NCBI GenBank assembly: GCA_964482725.1
Contig: CAYZYT010000004.1
Location: 104,063-168,062, forward strand
Direction of reading: 5' to 3'
Source of the DNA: an uncultured bacterium
GTDB taxonomy: Bacteria > Omnitrophota > Omnitrophia > Omnitrophales > Aquincolibacteriaceae
Length of the DNA stretch: 64,000 bases
Below the pieces are notes generated by a model. That model did no database searches, was not told the origin of the DNA, and worked only from the letters and a program-made list of their open reading frames with translations. Position 1 is the first letter of the stretch, and each line of letters starts with the position of its first letter. The translations under genes and the position numbers were made by a program. Shown piece after piece: positions 1 through 12,500 of this stretch.

Positions 1-222
1 CCAGGATTTCCCCGCGCCGGTTTCAAAAATTTTATGCTCCGAAGCGACGAGAAATTTTGTCGGATCAAGCGGATGGATTGTGAGGCAGGTGAGGGTGCCG
101 CCTGCCATGGAGGGCTGAAGTGGCTTTTGCCACTCCGCAGGGGCTGGCATTTGGAACATCAAAAGACAGAAAAGCGACAAAACAACTCCGGCGACCAACG
201 TTTTCTTTCTGATTTTCAGCAT
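1..222 (-). CDS. Secreted BNR/beta-propeller-like protein, 5' part only (runs off the window edge)
   Basis: Not in the ORF track. Manual translation from ATG at 222: MLKIRKKTLVAGVVLSLFCLLMFQMPAPAEWQKPLQPSMAGGTLTCLTIHPLDPTKFLVASEHKIFETGAGKSW. AAGGAG RBS upstream, signal peptide, and a propeller-blade-like IHPxDP...G.SW pattern. Confidence 0.7.
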   Translation of the reverse strand, partial: MLKIRKKTLVAGVVLSLFCLLMFQMPAPAEWQKPLQPSMAGGTLTCLTIHPLDPTKFLVASEHKIFETGAGKSW

Positions 223-540
223 GGGCGAAGCTCCTTTTTATTTATAATTATCATAAAATATATTCATAAAAAATAAAACTGTCAACATTTTTTCATATTT
301 TATTCAAATAACGTCCTATAAGTAGCCTCAAGACCTTGTAAAAGCGGCATCCGGAGGGTACATTTTAGGAACCACAGAAGACGATTTTTAATCGCGTCTA
401 TTCTTAAAACTAAAAATATCCATTTACAAAGAAGTAACCCATCAATTTAAGCGTTTGTATAAGATAATTATTCGAAGGCAGGCCATCCTTTTCTCGCGTC
501 CGAGGCGTGGGAGGCGAGAAACCAAGAGTAAAAGGGAAAA
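223..540. promoter_or_regulatory. AT-rich divergent promoter region between the BNR-like gene and the giant gene
   Basis: Markedly AT-rich relative to flanking CDS and lies between two divergent starts; small hairpin TTTCTCGC/GCGAGAAA at 490-521. Confidence 0.55.
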
Positions 541-3500
541 ATGAGGGAGAGCTCTATTTTAAAACGAGTGATTAGCCTGGTCGTCGTTGTTTGCTTCCTG
601 ACAACGAACGCGATGGCTATGCCTGGTCAAACCCTGGATGGAGGATGGGGGATGGCGGGTGTAGAAAAAGCAAAAGCCATCTCTGTTCCCTCTGGGCTCG
701 GAAGTGTCGTGGAAACATATGACGCCTCAAAACAGGATGGCGGAAGGCGGAGGGAGGATGGCAACAAACTAAAAACCGAAGCTCCGTCCACCATCCTCCA
801 TCCTTCCCCCAGATTTGTTATTTACATCCAAGACGCGCACGACTCGCTCGAGGCTCAGGAAAATATCGCCGCCATGGTCCGGCACTGCGTGAAGGAATAC
901 GGCGTCAAAACCGTCTACGAAGAAGGTTATGAAGGCCCGGTCCCGACCGACAAGCTCTTTGGATCGATCCAGGATCCGGTTCTTAAGGAAAAGATCTCTT
1001 ACTACCTGATGGACAAGCTCCGCATCGGCGGCGCGGAGTATGCGCATATCAATCGGGCGGCGGAGCCGCCCTCCCGGGAAACGGCTAACGATGAACGGTT
1101 AACGATGCGTTCAGCGTTCCCCGTTCCCCGTTCCCCGGAAAGCGATTTTCAGCTTGTAGGTGCCGATTCGATCAGCCTCCATCTTGAGAACATCCGCGCC
1201 TACGAGCAGGCGGCGAAGAACCGTACAGGCGTGACGCAAGACATTCAGCGTATCCGCAAAGAACTTCAGAAGCTGGCTGACAAGAATTTCCCGAAGGAAA
1301 TGAAAGAATGGTTGAAGCTCAAAGAACGGTATCAGAACGGACAGCTGCCGCTCGTTGAATACTTGGCAAGAACCATGAAAATCCGGGAGACGGATGGAGG
1401 ATGGAGGATGGCGAAGGGCGTAAAGCCAGGTTTGCCGCCATCCGCCATCCACCCTCCGGCCCCCAGCGTTGAAGCCCTCCTCTCCGGTGATCCGAAAGCC
1501 ATCAAACAGATCGATCTGATGAAATTGATCGGGGAGATCCAAGCTCTCGAGAACGAGATCGTTGAGGCAGGTCTCCCGGCAGAAAGGGACCGGAAAACGT
1601 ACGGTTACTTCGAGAGCGTCATGCTCCTTGAAAAACTCAACAAGATCGAGCTCAGCCACGAGGAATTCACGTTCCTCAAAGATTCGCTCGAAGGCCTCAA
1701 GACCGAAGATGTTGCTCGCTTTATCGCGAAGGAAACCGGTCACTCGCTCGTACTTTTCAAGTCTTGGGAAAATCTAATTGCCGATTCGATCCATTTCTAC
1801 GAGCTGGCGAAGAAGCGCGATCAGGCAATCGAGAAAATCCTGACCAAGACTACAGACGAGAGACTAGAGACCAGCGACAAAAAAAGTCTCCTGTCTCCAG
1901 TCTCCGGTCTCGAGTCTCCAAAAACCAAAGCGGATATCTCCGTTTTGGTTTTTGGGGGTTTCCACAAAGAAGCCATCAAGCGGATCCTGAAGGAAAAAGG
2001 CATCAGCTACGTCATTTTGTCACCCTCGATCGGAAATCCCAGCAAGCGGCATGAGGATTATTACCGAATGTTGATGGGCGGGGGGAGGCATTCGTTTGAA
2101 CGAATGCAGGGTATCGGAGGGAGGATGGAGGATGGAGTAAAACAGAAAACAAAAGGTTTCTCGCCCTCCGCCAACCGTGGCGAGAGCGTTTCTCGCCAAA
2201 GCACCCGCGCTCAATCCGTTTTCACGATGAACTACGGTTCCACCGTCGATCTTCTTTCCAAAACCGCCGCGCCATTCCGCAACGAACTTCGGCAGGATTT
2301 TATTTTAAAGATGGACCTCGCTATTCAGGGACGGTTCTTGAATGCCGGGGCTGAGGCCAAAGAACCGTCCCTGGTTGACAATTCTGCCAAACGCTCCGAA
2401 GTGCGGCAAATGTTGCAACAAGGCCCGGCAACCAAGCGCGACGGATTTATTTCCGCAGCCTGGAAAAAGCAGCGGGCGAAGCTCCTGCAAAGCGCCAATT
2501 ACCGGCTGCTGGAATACATGATTCACCAGACCGACCTTTCCGAGCGTCAGAAAAAAGGGTACCTCTATCTTTGGGAAACGATGATGCTTTTGATCCCGCT
2601 CACCAACGGAGTCAAGATCCCCGCAAGCGCTTGGGCGGTGTCTTTGGCGATCGCTCATCCTGCTTTTACGATCCTTCCGGCGATCATTTGGTGCACCTTG
2701 AGTTCGGTCCTTCGCGCCATTTTTGTGATACCGCCTTTCGCTTTTTACTATCGCTTCAGGGTCAGGGAGCTCGTGCTGGCGAACTTTCTTCCGTTCGGCG
2801 CCGCTTTTGTCGCCGTGCCGACGCAGGTGCTTGCGATCATGCGCGAAGAATACAAGCGGTTCGGGGACCTGTCTTTTAAACAGCTGGCGAAGCTTCACGA
2901 GACCGTGATCCGAAAAGTTCTTGAGGAAAATCCCAAGGATGAAGCGCTGCTCGCGCGGACTCCGGAGCTGACTTTCCGGCTGCTCGAATGGCGTTCCCGG
3001 AAGTACGGGGCCGATGCGGCAAAAGCGCTGCTGCTTCCGGCAAGGCTCACGGACCTTCTTCAAGAGGCTGACCCGAGCAAAGCTGCGTTGTCTGCACAAC
3101 GAGCAACGGCGTTAGCGAAAACGGTCATCTTCTTTCCTCCGTCAGGGTTTCACCAGGCCGGCTCAAGGGGGAGCGCTCTTTATGAAAATTCCGCGACCAT
3201 CAAGCGGCTTTACGAGAGAGTCAATCAAAAGGCGCGGGAAATTCTCGGGGATCCTGCCTTCGATATTTTTGACGTTTCCTTCAACCAGACCGAAGAGGAT
3301 TATTTGCGGGGTAACAATGCCGTCGCGGTGCATCTGGCCATTGCAACCCATCACATGGCCTTATGGGAAAGCCTGAAGGAAAAATATCCGGAAGCCGGCC
3401 GGCCCGGAGCGGTTCTTGGCGCGAGCCGGGGAGCGGATGCGGCCTATTATGCGAGCGGAGCGCTCGGCTTGGAAGATACCGTCGAGCTTGCGGTCCGGAA

Positions 3501-6500
3501 CATTCAGTTCTTGAAAAAAGCGTCCGAGCTTTCGGGTTCCCGGAGGATCGGAAGTGTTTCCCGTCTTTCCCGGGAAACATTGGAGGCCCTGCTAGCTCCG
3601 GAAGAAGGCGCGATCGCGGTTCAATATTCGAAAAATCTTTTCGCTGTTTCTTACAGGAAAGACTCTTTCGAAAAACTCGAACAAGATATCAAATCGGCGG
3701 GAGGCGTTCTCAGAAAAACGCTCCTCAGCGTGTCGAGCCATGATCCTCATCTTCTCACGCCGGAAACAAAGCCGCTCTTTGAAGAATACCAAGCGTTCCT
3801 CGAGGGATTTAAAGCGCGCATTCGTCTGCCCTCTCTGAAGCTTTTCTCGGCACTCGAGCCAGGGAAAGAGCTTAAGACGCCCGAAGACATCCTGAGCGAA
3901 GAGGTGCGTTACACCACCCAGGCGATTCCGCTGGACCGCTCTTTCGCCGACCTCTTGCAAGGAGCGGGACTGCAGAATGTTTTGGGGCTCGGCTATGAAA
4001 AGGATTATTTCATCCAGGCCCTTCAAAAGGAAGGGACGGTGTCCGGGGATGTTCGTGTGGCGCAAGCGGCCGACCTCGCGGATTATGGATCTTTTTGGAA
4101 TCTTTTCTCTCGGACAGAAAACGTAGGCGCAGCCGGTACCGTACGCTCCGAAGTGCGGGCCGCCAATGATCCGAAAGATATATTCGAAGGCGAGCCTCGC
4201 CTCTCCGTCGAGAGGCGGGATGGAAATGTTCTTTCAGGGGATGCCCGAACCCTCTCCGGCGGAAGGGTTTTGAGTTGGGATGAGGCCGTGCAGCACGCCC
4301 CGGAACTAGCCCGAAGGGTGGCTCTGAGCGGAGGCTTTGCCGGTTTTTTTACGCATCTTGGCAGAGCCTGGAATGATCCCTACAGGGAAATCGACCCAGC
4401 GATCGTCGAGCGTTATTTTGAAAACGTGCGAGCCTGGGGTCGCAAGGAAAATGGCGTCGTTTTCATTCTTGGCGGAGTTCCGGAAAAAATCGGCGAGCTT
4501 TTTACGCAGGCGGTGGTAATTCATATCCCCAATGTCCCTGACAACGATCCGATCCCGTTGATCGCCGGGAAGGAATCTTTTGATCCCATGGTTGAGCTGA
4601 TGAAAAAGATAGGTGTTCGCGGGATTCTTCCCTATGGCGGAGAGTATGCCCGCTTCGATGAACAAGGGCGGGTGTTACAAGGGTTTGATCCGGGGCTTGG
4701 TTGCGCAGGCGGACCGCTTTTTATTTTGAGCCGCTTTTTTGCTGTTCACGTATACCCTCAACTGCTTTTGGGAGGTTTGATCAATAAGCACTTGGGTGTG
4801 GCGGGTCTTCCACTTGAAACCGGAAAATATCTCACGGAACCCCGCTCGGAAATCCGGAATATCCCAGCAGGTTCGAAGCTTTCGCGACGGGAAGCTTTCC
4901 GGTGGGCGGCCTTATTCGATGAAGAGTTGAGTCAACGGGGACGCGCGCTCGTGTCGGCAGCGACGAAAGAAAAACTTTCCGTGAAGAGGGATACCCTTTT
5001 AGGGGGCGTGAATCGCTACAGCGCTCCGGAGAAAACCGCCATCCTTTCTTTTCGCGACAAGGATTCTCTGGGCCAGATCTATCTTCTTTTTCTGGATCGG
5101 GAAAACCGCCCCGCAGGCTATGGGTCTCTTTACAGCTCCGGAAAGGACAAGCCCGTCGTCGTATCCTTCCACATCTTTTCGGAATTCAGAGGCCGCGGGC
5201 TCGGCGAGGATTTCTGGAATGCGATCAAAAGCTTTCTCAAACAAAACGGCATGGGGTATGTCCCTGAGAAAGTTTACTTCCCGCCCGTTTCATGGTTTGC
5301 GGAGCGCGGTCTGGGGGACGATTTCAAAAATTCAGGCGTCCAGGAATTTCTGGTCAAAATGGGTTTTAAGCCTGTCGGAGTGAAGCCTTCCGCCACGCCC
5401 GGAGATGTGGCCTTTCTTTATAACTTGGGCGATGGGGAAAAGCCTCAGGCCGGAGTCGCGCGAAGTGAGGCCCGGTCTTCAAACGAAAGCCGGGAGCAGC
5501 TGACGGACGCAGGGATGGATCAATACGCCTTTTTTTACTGGAACAATAATAGTCAGTTCGATGCCATCCCGTACACGCTTGAAAAGCCGTTGTGGGAGTG
5601 GAGGGCCGGGGATATTTTTGTTGTCGAAAGCAGAGAAAAAACCGAGACCTATCTGCTTTTGGAGCAAACGGATTTTGGCGTTGTGACCTTTACTTCGCCT
5701 AGGGATTTTGGAGAGCCTGAAAGACGGAATATCCGTGAGTGGAGGATGGACTTTGGGCGAGATCTCGACCGGGGTGCCAGGATCACGGTCCGAAGGTATT
5801 ACGATGCCGGCAAGATCCCGACACTGCTCCATTTTGCGAATGAGGGACGTTTAGAGCCGGACACGCTCCGAGCTTATTACAAGCGGATCATTCTCGGGGT
5901 TTTGATTATCGCCGCGCCTCCGGTTTTGGGGCTGTATATGTTTGGCCTTTTAAAGCCGTGGTTCATCTCGATGGTTTTAGGAGTTCTGGCGCTGGCTCTT
6001 CTGGCGGGTCCCGTTCTTTTCCGATTTAAAGCGGGTAGTTTTATTTTCGATCTTAACCAAGCGCTTCCTTTCCGGATCCCGCCGCCGGGGACGAAACTTT
6101 CCAAGTTTGAATCCTGGAGAATGAATTTCCCGTCCTCTTCCGCCCGATCGGAAGCGCGTCTCTCGCGAGGGACAAGCCCGGAGCCTACGGCCGCCGGAGA
6201 ACAGGCTCTGGGAAAAGGTCCCCGGGAGGCGGAATGGCCCGAAGTCAGCCGCCAGTTCAGATCCCTGAATCCCTACAATATTCACAATATGCCGAGCGCC
6301 GTGCTTTCGGAATTGGCGTCGGAGATAGCGAACAAGTTAAACGTTTATGTTTTTGTCAGGAAAAATCACAGCGGCAAACGATGGATGAGTCAGGTTATGG
6401 AGATTTTGAGTCTGAGGATCGTTTATGACCAGGATATCGAAGTTTACGTGAAAGGTCGCCAGACTCCGGAAGTTTTAAACGCTACGTTGGACCTGGTTGA

Positions 6501-9500
6501 AAGGGCCATGCAGGATTGGAAAATGCTCGAGGAGTCGACGAAGGAAAATCCTCTTTATGACGCCTATCTTCGGGAGATCGACCAGATCGCGCAGGGATCT
6601 GCGACCCGTACTTTGAAAGCAGCTTATCGGACTTTTTCAGATGCGGCGATTAGCCGCGCGATCGATGCGGTGGATTATAACCACGGAGAGATCGATCCTG
6701 CGACGGGGGAAGCCAAACGGGATGAAGTCACGGATGCGGCCTTCCGCCGCTTGGACGCGCTCTATGAGGCCGTGCCTGGAGTGATCACGGTCCCGCGGAG
6801 TGAGTTCATGGGCTTCTTCGGAAAACGCCAGCCGGAATTCGCAGCGAATAAAGACAGGCTCATCAAACCCTTCTCGGCCTTGAGCGACGCAGAAAAAACC
6901 GCGCTTGTTCGGTGGAATGAAATCCGCCGTTCAGAAGCGCGGGATGTCCCGGAAGTGGCGCAGACGCAAGGGAGCCGGGAGGAGCAGGAAGACCGGTTCG
7001 TGAATGAAAAGATCTCGCTTGGTGCGGTTCCGCACGGGGAAGGTAGGCTTCTGGCCGTGATGGATGGACATGGCGGCGATGAGGTCTCGGAAATGTTGCG
7101 GGCGAATCTCGAGCGCGTTTTTAAAGACTCTATGCTCCGGAAAAACGGAGATGTCCAGCAAGCCTTACAAGAAGTTTTTGGTCGCTTACAAAAGATGGCT
7201 GCGGGATCGGAGTCGGGGTCCACGCTTTCGCTGGCCTATGTTCCGGAAGATGAAAAAGCCGCTTATGTCATGATCGTCGGCGATTCTCCGGTTTATGTCC
7301 GGAAGAACGGAAGGCTTATTTCCTTTCCGGAGCACAATCTTTCGAATCCCGTGGAAGTGATCACGCAGCAACAAAGGGCGTCGAGCGCCGGGAAAAAATT
7401 CCGCGTCGATTATGATTTTAAAAGGGAGAATGGAAAGGATCTGCTACGGAAAATCGGAACGACCGAGAATACCAGTCTTGCCATCACGCGCGCCTTCGGG
7501 AATAAATCCTTTCAAGGTCTTCTGATCGGCGAACCTTCCATTCTGAAGACCGATCTGAGCGACGCGCAGGGGCCGGTCGAGGTCCTTCTCGGCACGGATG
7601 GGATCTATGGTTTTCATGGGAATGACTCGAAGATTCAAAGAGACGCGAGGGCTGGCTATCTTCTTTCCAGAGGGACTGATGCGGCGGGGATCGTCCAGTC
7701 GGCCGGCAGCGCAAATGCTTCCGACAATGTAACGGTTCTCCTCTGGAAATTCGATCCCAACACCGTCCGCTCCGAGATGCGGCAGGACATCCATAGTCCT
7801 GCACGCACTGGTGCTGGGACCAGGGAAGTCCCAGCCGAGATGCGGCAGGACATCCATAGTCCTGCACGCACTGGTGCTGGGACCAAGGAAGTCCCAGCCG
7901 AGCTGCGCGGCGCGGAAAAGCCCGATGATCGGGAGTCCTGGACCCGGTTTTTGAATACCTATGCCCCGGCCCTGTCAGGGTTTGGCGGAACTTCCTTGGA
8001 GCAAGTCTGGAGGGAAATTTTCGAAAACACGCCGGAACATGCGCGAATCCTTGATCTGGCGACCGGGAACGGAGCGGTGGCGGGACTGGCCGCCGCCATG
8101 GCCGCGAAATTTTTTGAGGTTTGGGCCATCGATTCCGCCGAGCCCAAGGTCATTCCTCAGGGCGTCAACTTCCGAAAGGCGTCGATGGAGACATTTTCCG
8201 GGACGACGGATATGCCGGCCGATCTGGACCTTGTGACGGGACAATTTGCGATCGAATACGGAGAGACAGACCGGGTTCTCGGAGAAATTCATCGCGCCAT
8301 GAAAGCGGGAGGCAAAGGCGTTTTCATCATCCATCACAAAAACTCGTTCTGGGCGGAGCGGGCGAAATCCCTTTTGGAGCAGACAGACTGGGTGAAGAAG
8401 GCCGGGATCTTTGAAAGGATACGGCAATGGGTTCAAGATCCGTCCGAAGAGAAGCGAGGGCGATTCGAAGCGGTTCTGGACGTGCTCCGATCTGAAATAA
8501 GCAAACGAAGAGCCCAAAAAAGTGAAAATGACGTTCTGTCGAGTATTTTCCGTATCGCAAATACGACCTTTGAGGCGGTCCGGAATGGAAAACTTTCCGG
8601 ATTGGCCGAGCAGATCCAAGAAGTCGAGGAACAGTGGAACAATACGGTCTGGGTGAAGGAGCATATGATCCACGCCGCCTTTGACGGAGAGGCTATGGCC
8701 CGCTTCAAAACGGCGATTGAAGCGCGCGGTTTCCAGGTGGTAGGGATCGAGCCCTGGCAGATCCGGGGAACAATCCGGACGGAAGAGCAGGACCTGCTTG
8801 TCGGCTGGCGCGTCGAGATCCAAAAGCCCGGAATTTTATCTCCGGAAACCCGGCAGGAGAGGGATTGGATCAAGGAAGTCCAGTGGCCGGATCCGGAGGC
8901 GGCGCTTCGAGCGAATGATGGGCCATTCCATATCCCAAGCAAAGAGGATGAGGCGCTACAGATTTTTCTCGACTCCGGAAAGGGGACGCCGGACTATGCG
9001 TTAAACCAAAAAGCGGAATACCTCGGGAAATTATTAAATATCCTCGGAGCGTTGGACAAGACGCGTCTTTGGTGGGGAACCGGAAACGAAGAAAACTGGT
9101 CTGGCTGGGTGAAACATTCTTTCGCGAATTATTTGAACAACCTGCTGGCCCTCGTGGGGTTTTCTTTGCGAAACGAAGATCCTTTGTCGGAACAATCCGC
9201 CAAGGACCTCAAAGAGCAAATAGAATTTGCGGATGCGATATGGAGCGCCCGCAAGGAGCTCGCGGCATCTGTCGCCAACAATTTTAAGAACTACCCCGAA
9301 ATACTTCAGCCGGCTCCGGAGGGCAAAGGTCTCTCAAAGGAAAATACGTTTTCGAGGATCGAACTTAACTTTGCGTTCCCGCACAAAGTGTTTGTCGCAA
9401 GTCCCAATGCTGAGCGGAATCGCGCCATTTATGCGGAGGCCCTCCGCCGCATGGAAGGCCCCTTTCAGGAGATCCTCAAGCTGGCCCGGGAGCAACTTTC

Positions 9501-12500
9501 GGAGTATGAAAAAGGAACTGCCTTGCCCGCGGAACCTAAAAAAGATAAACGCTCCGAGGTTCGTGATCCCCAGGCATTCTTGGAAAACACCGGTCCGGTC
9601 GATGCCGAGCAGTTTGAACGGATGATCCTCGGAAAAAGATTCGATGACCTTGCTCCGGAACAGCGGGCTCGTTTTATCGAGTTTATTCGTTCCAGGAATC
9701 TGCATAATTTGGCGCCTTCTTTACAACGTTTGATCCTCGACCACGTTCAGCGTCACGCCGGTGAAGAGAACGACGAGATGAAAGCTCTCTGGAGCTGCAC
9801 GCTTCGCCTTGAACCGGGCAGCGCGGAGATCTATCGCCAAGAAGTTAGCATCCTCCGGAGTTCCGTGGCGCCGCTTGCAAAAAAAGTGTCTGAAGGGTAC
9901 TCGATCGTGACGGTCGAAGAATCCTCGAAAGGGATCCGGACTCAAACAAATCTCTCGAAAACAAAGACCGAAGATCCTTCTGCGGAGGTTTGGGAATTTC
10001 TGATCCCGGACCAAGTGGAGACCTCGGGCGGTGTTTATACGATCGCGAAACCGGGAACGGACGCCGTGGTGATCGGCTCCGGGGGTTCCGGAAGCGTGGT
10101 CATCCGGGCTCGAAAACAGGACGGTACGCCCGTGGCCATGAAGATCATTAAAGAAGACGGGAAGAGTATGCACCGCTTTTTCCTCGAATACCTGATGACG
10201 CTTCGCTTCAAAGGCGATCCGAACATTATTCAGGTCTATGATTCCGGCCGCTATGTGGTCCAGGCCCAGAGATTTTATTTTATTATGGAAGAATACGGAG
10301 AACGCACGCTTGCCGACGAGGTGCGGGCTCGTTCTAAGAAGCTTGGGGAAGGCGTGGAAATTTTCTCCCCGCCCGAAAGACGTAAGATCGCCAACGAGAT
10401 GATCGACATTCTGCAGACCTTGTACGCCGCGCGGATCCTGCACCGGGACGTCAAAGCTGACAATCTGTTCTATTCGGGAGGACGTTTGAAGCTGGGGGAT
10501 TTCGGGATCGCCCGCTGCTTGCCCCAGGAAAAAGATGAAATAAATTCCGATGCGCTTGAGGGAACACCGACGCATATCCCCGTCGAATCCTTTGCCGGTG
10601 CGAGCGGGTTCTACAACGATCTTTACGAGTTTGCGATGACCATGGCTTTTCTGGATCCCTCGACTCTCGCAGACGATTTCGGCGCGACGACCCGTGGTCA
10701 GATGCGGAGGGTGTCCGTTCCCACCAGCATGTTCACGAAGAACCTCGCCGGCTTGGCCCAAACGGATGCGGCGTACAAAAAATTCTACGAGATGCGGGAA
10801 TTCAGCAAAAAAACCCTGGCCGGAACGCTTGTCAGGCTTGAACGGAGCCAAGATCCATTTACCCAGCTTGTCGTACGACCGATCCTTGACCGGGAACATT
10901 ACCAGGACTCTCCGCGCAATGCACAGGAGCTGGATCAACTGGCCGCCTCTGTTTTTTTTATCGAAAAGACAACAGATCTGATCCGCGAAGGGCAGCCGGC
11001 AGAAGCGCGGAGGTATGTCGCAGCGTTGCTTGGAGAGGGGAGCACGTTCGCTACTTATCCGATCGTTCGGGAAAAAGTCGAAGAACTCCGTCTTGCCGCG
11101 GAAGCAAGTTCAGTTCGTTCCGAGATGAGGAACGGCAAGACCTCAACAAAGCCAGCCATGATCGAGCGGAAGGCCGAGGGAAAAGGAAGGATCTGGATCG
11201 CCGAACTGAAATATCCGAGAAAAATGCTGTCTCTGGGGGTGCGTTATGCCGGGAAAACGCTCAAGCTCTATCCTTATGATGAGGACTGGAAGAAAGGGAC
11301 GCTGATCTTTGACGAAGAAGAGCCGATCGCTGTTTATGTCTCCCAAGAGGATCTTTTTTCCGTGCTTGAAGAGGAGACAACCACCGACGCGAAAGGACGT
11401 TTTATCCGTGAGGGTTTGCGTTATAACCTCGGTGAAAATAAGGCCCATCTAAAGATCAGCCTCCGGCCTTTTGAAACGCCGGACTGGAAGACCGGTGTGA
11501 GGATTTTTGAAGGTCAGGCCGAGATCGCTTATCACGACGCGAAAAGGAACCGCACGGTCAACCTGATCTCCATCGCGCCCTTTAGACGTTCGGGGGCTCG
11601 GGAGGTCGGGACAGCGGACCTCCGGGACGTGCCTCACGTGCACCGGAAAGATCTCTGGAAGACGGGTTTGTATGGGAGCGAAGAGTTAAAGCAGATCCTA
11701 AAAGCCATGCTTGAGTCGGAAGACATTGTTTTCGATGAGCGGAGATATAAGGTTAGCCTTTATGCGCTTCCGGCCGAAGAGCTTGTTGCGCTGATGGATT
11801 ATCTTCGCGCTCAAAGGATCCGCGTTAACGGATATTTATATCGGGAACTTCTTCAAGAACATCAGGAAGACATGGCCCGGTATATCGAAAAGACGAGAGC
11901 CGCGGGTAGCGATCTGAAATATCTCGGTGCCCCTGCCTACCAGTTGTATGCCGATCTTTTGCCAGCCGCCGAAGAAGTGAACCCGAGCCTTTATGTTGAT
12001 AGCCAGCCGCCCCGATATCACGACGACGTCTTCAGCTCTCTAAAAAAAGAATACAGGGCACAGCTTCAAGAGATCCGGCGGCAGGGAGACAAGATCGGAC
12101 TGGCGGTTCACGGAGTGCGCGAGTGGAAATGGCGCGACATGTCCGGGCAAAGCCGGGACCGGGAGATCGGCATGGATGACGGCAAAATGAGATTTTTGAA
12201 CGTGCTCTTGGAGGGCAGGATCCGGAATTTTACGATGCCCTTCTCTTTTTCCAAGCTGAAGGTGGATGTCGGTTATCTGGATACGGAACACGACACGAAT
12301 TTCAGCGACCGGGGAGATGCCGGGACCTATGGCCCTTACTATATCCTTCTGGACCCGAGGTGGAGGCATGACGCGCAGGGAGGCATCGGCGAAGAGCACC
12401 ATAAATATTATCTTGTGCCGAATGACTCGATGCGAAAGTTCCTGACCGGCGGGCTCGAACAGGCTCTTGCGGGCGGGCTGATCGATCCGGAGCGGTTGGA

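Noticed and set aside
34-276. 80-aa plus-strand ORF from the track
   Set aside because: It overlaps a better minus-strand gene (1-222) that has an RBS and signal peptide.
7774-7908. Possible CRISPR array
   Set aside because: Contiguous in-frame 63-bp units with no unique spacers, and no cas genes in the window.
6796-8502. Near-motifs RSEFM (6796) and RSEIS (8488)
   Set aside because: They lack the final Arg and lie inside apparent domains, so they were not counted.
9100-9180. HSFANYLNNL as a histidine-kinase H-box partnering the HATPase module
   Set aside because: Similarity is too weak and it lies 9 kb from the HATPase; it cannot be supported by eye.
9721-10938. Long antisense ORFs (405 aa here; also 23868-24983, 31837-33027, 38877-39875)
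   Set aside because: Shadow ORFs opposite well-supported genes in GC-rich DNA, with no recognisable motifs.
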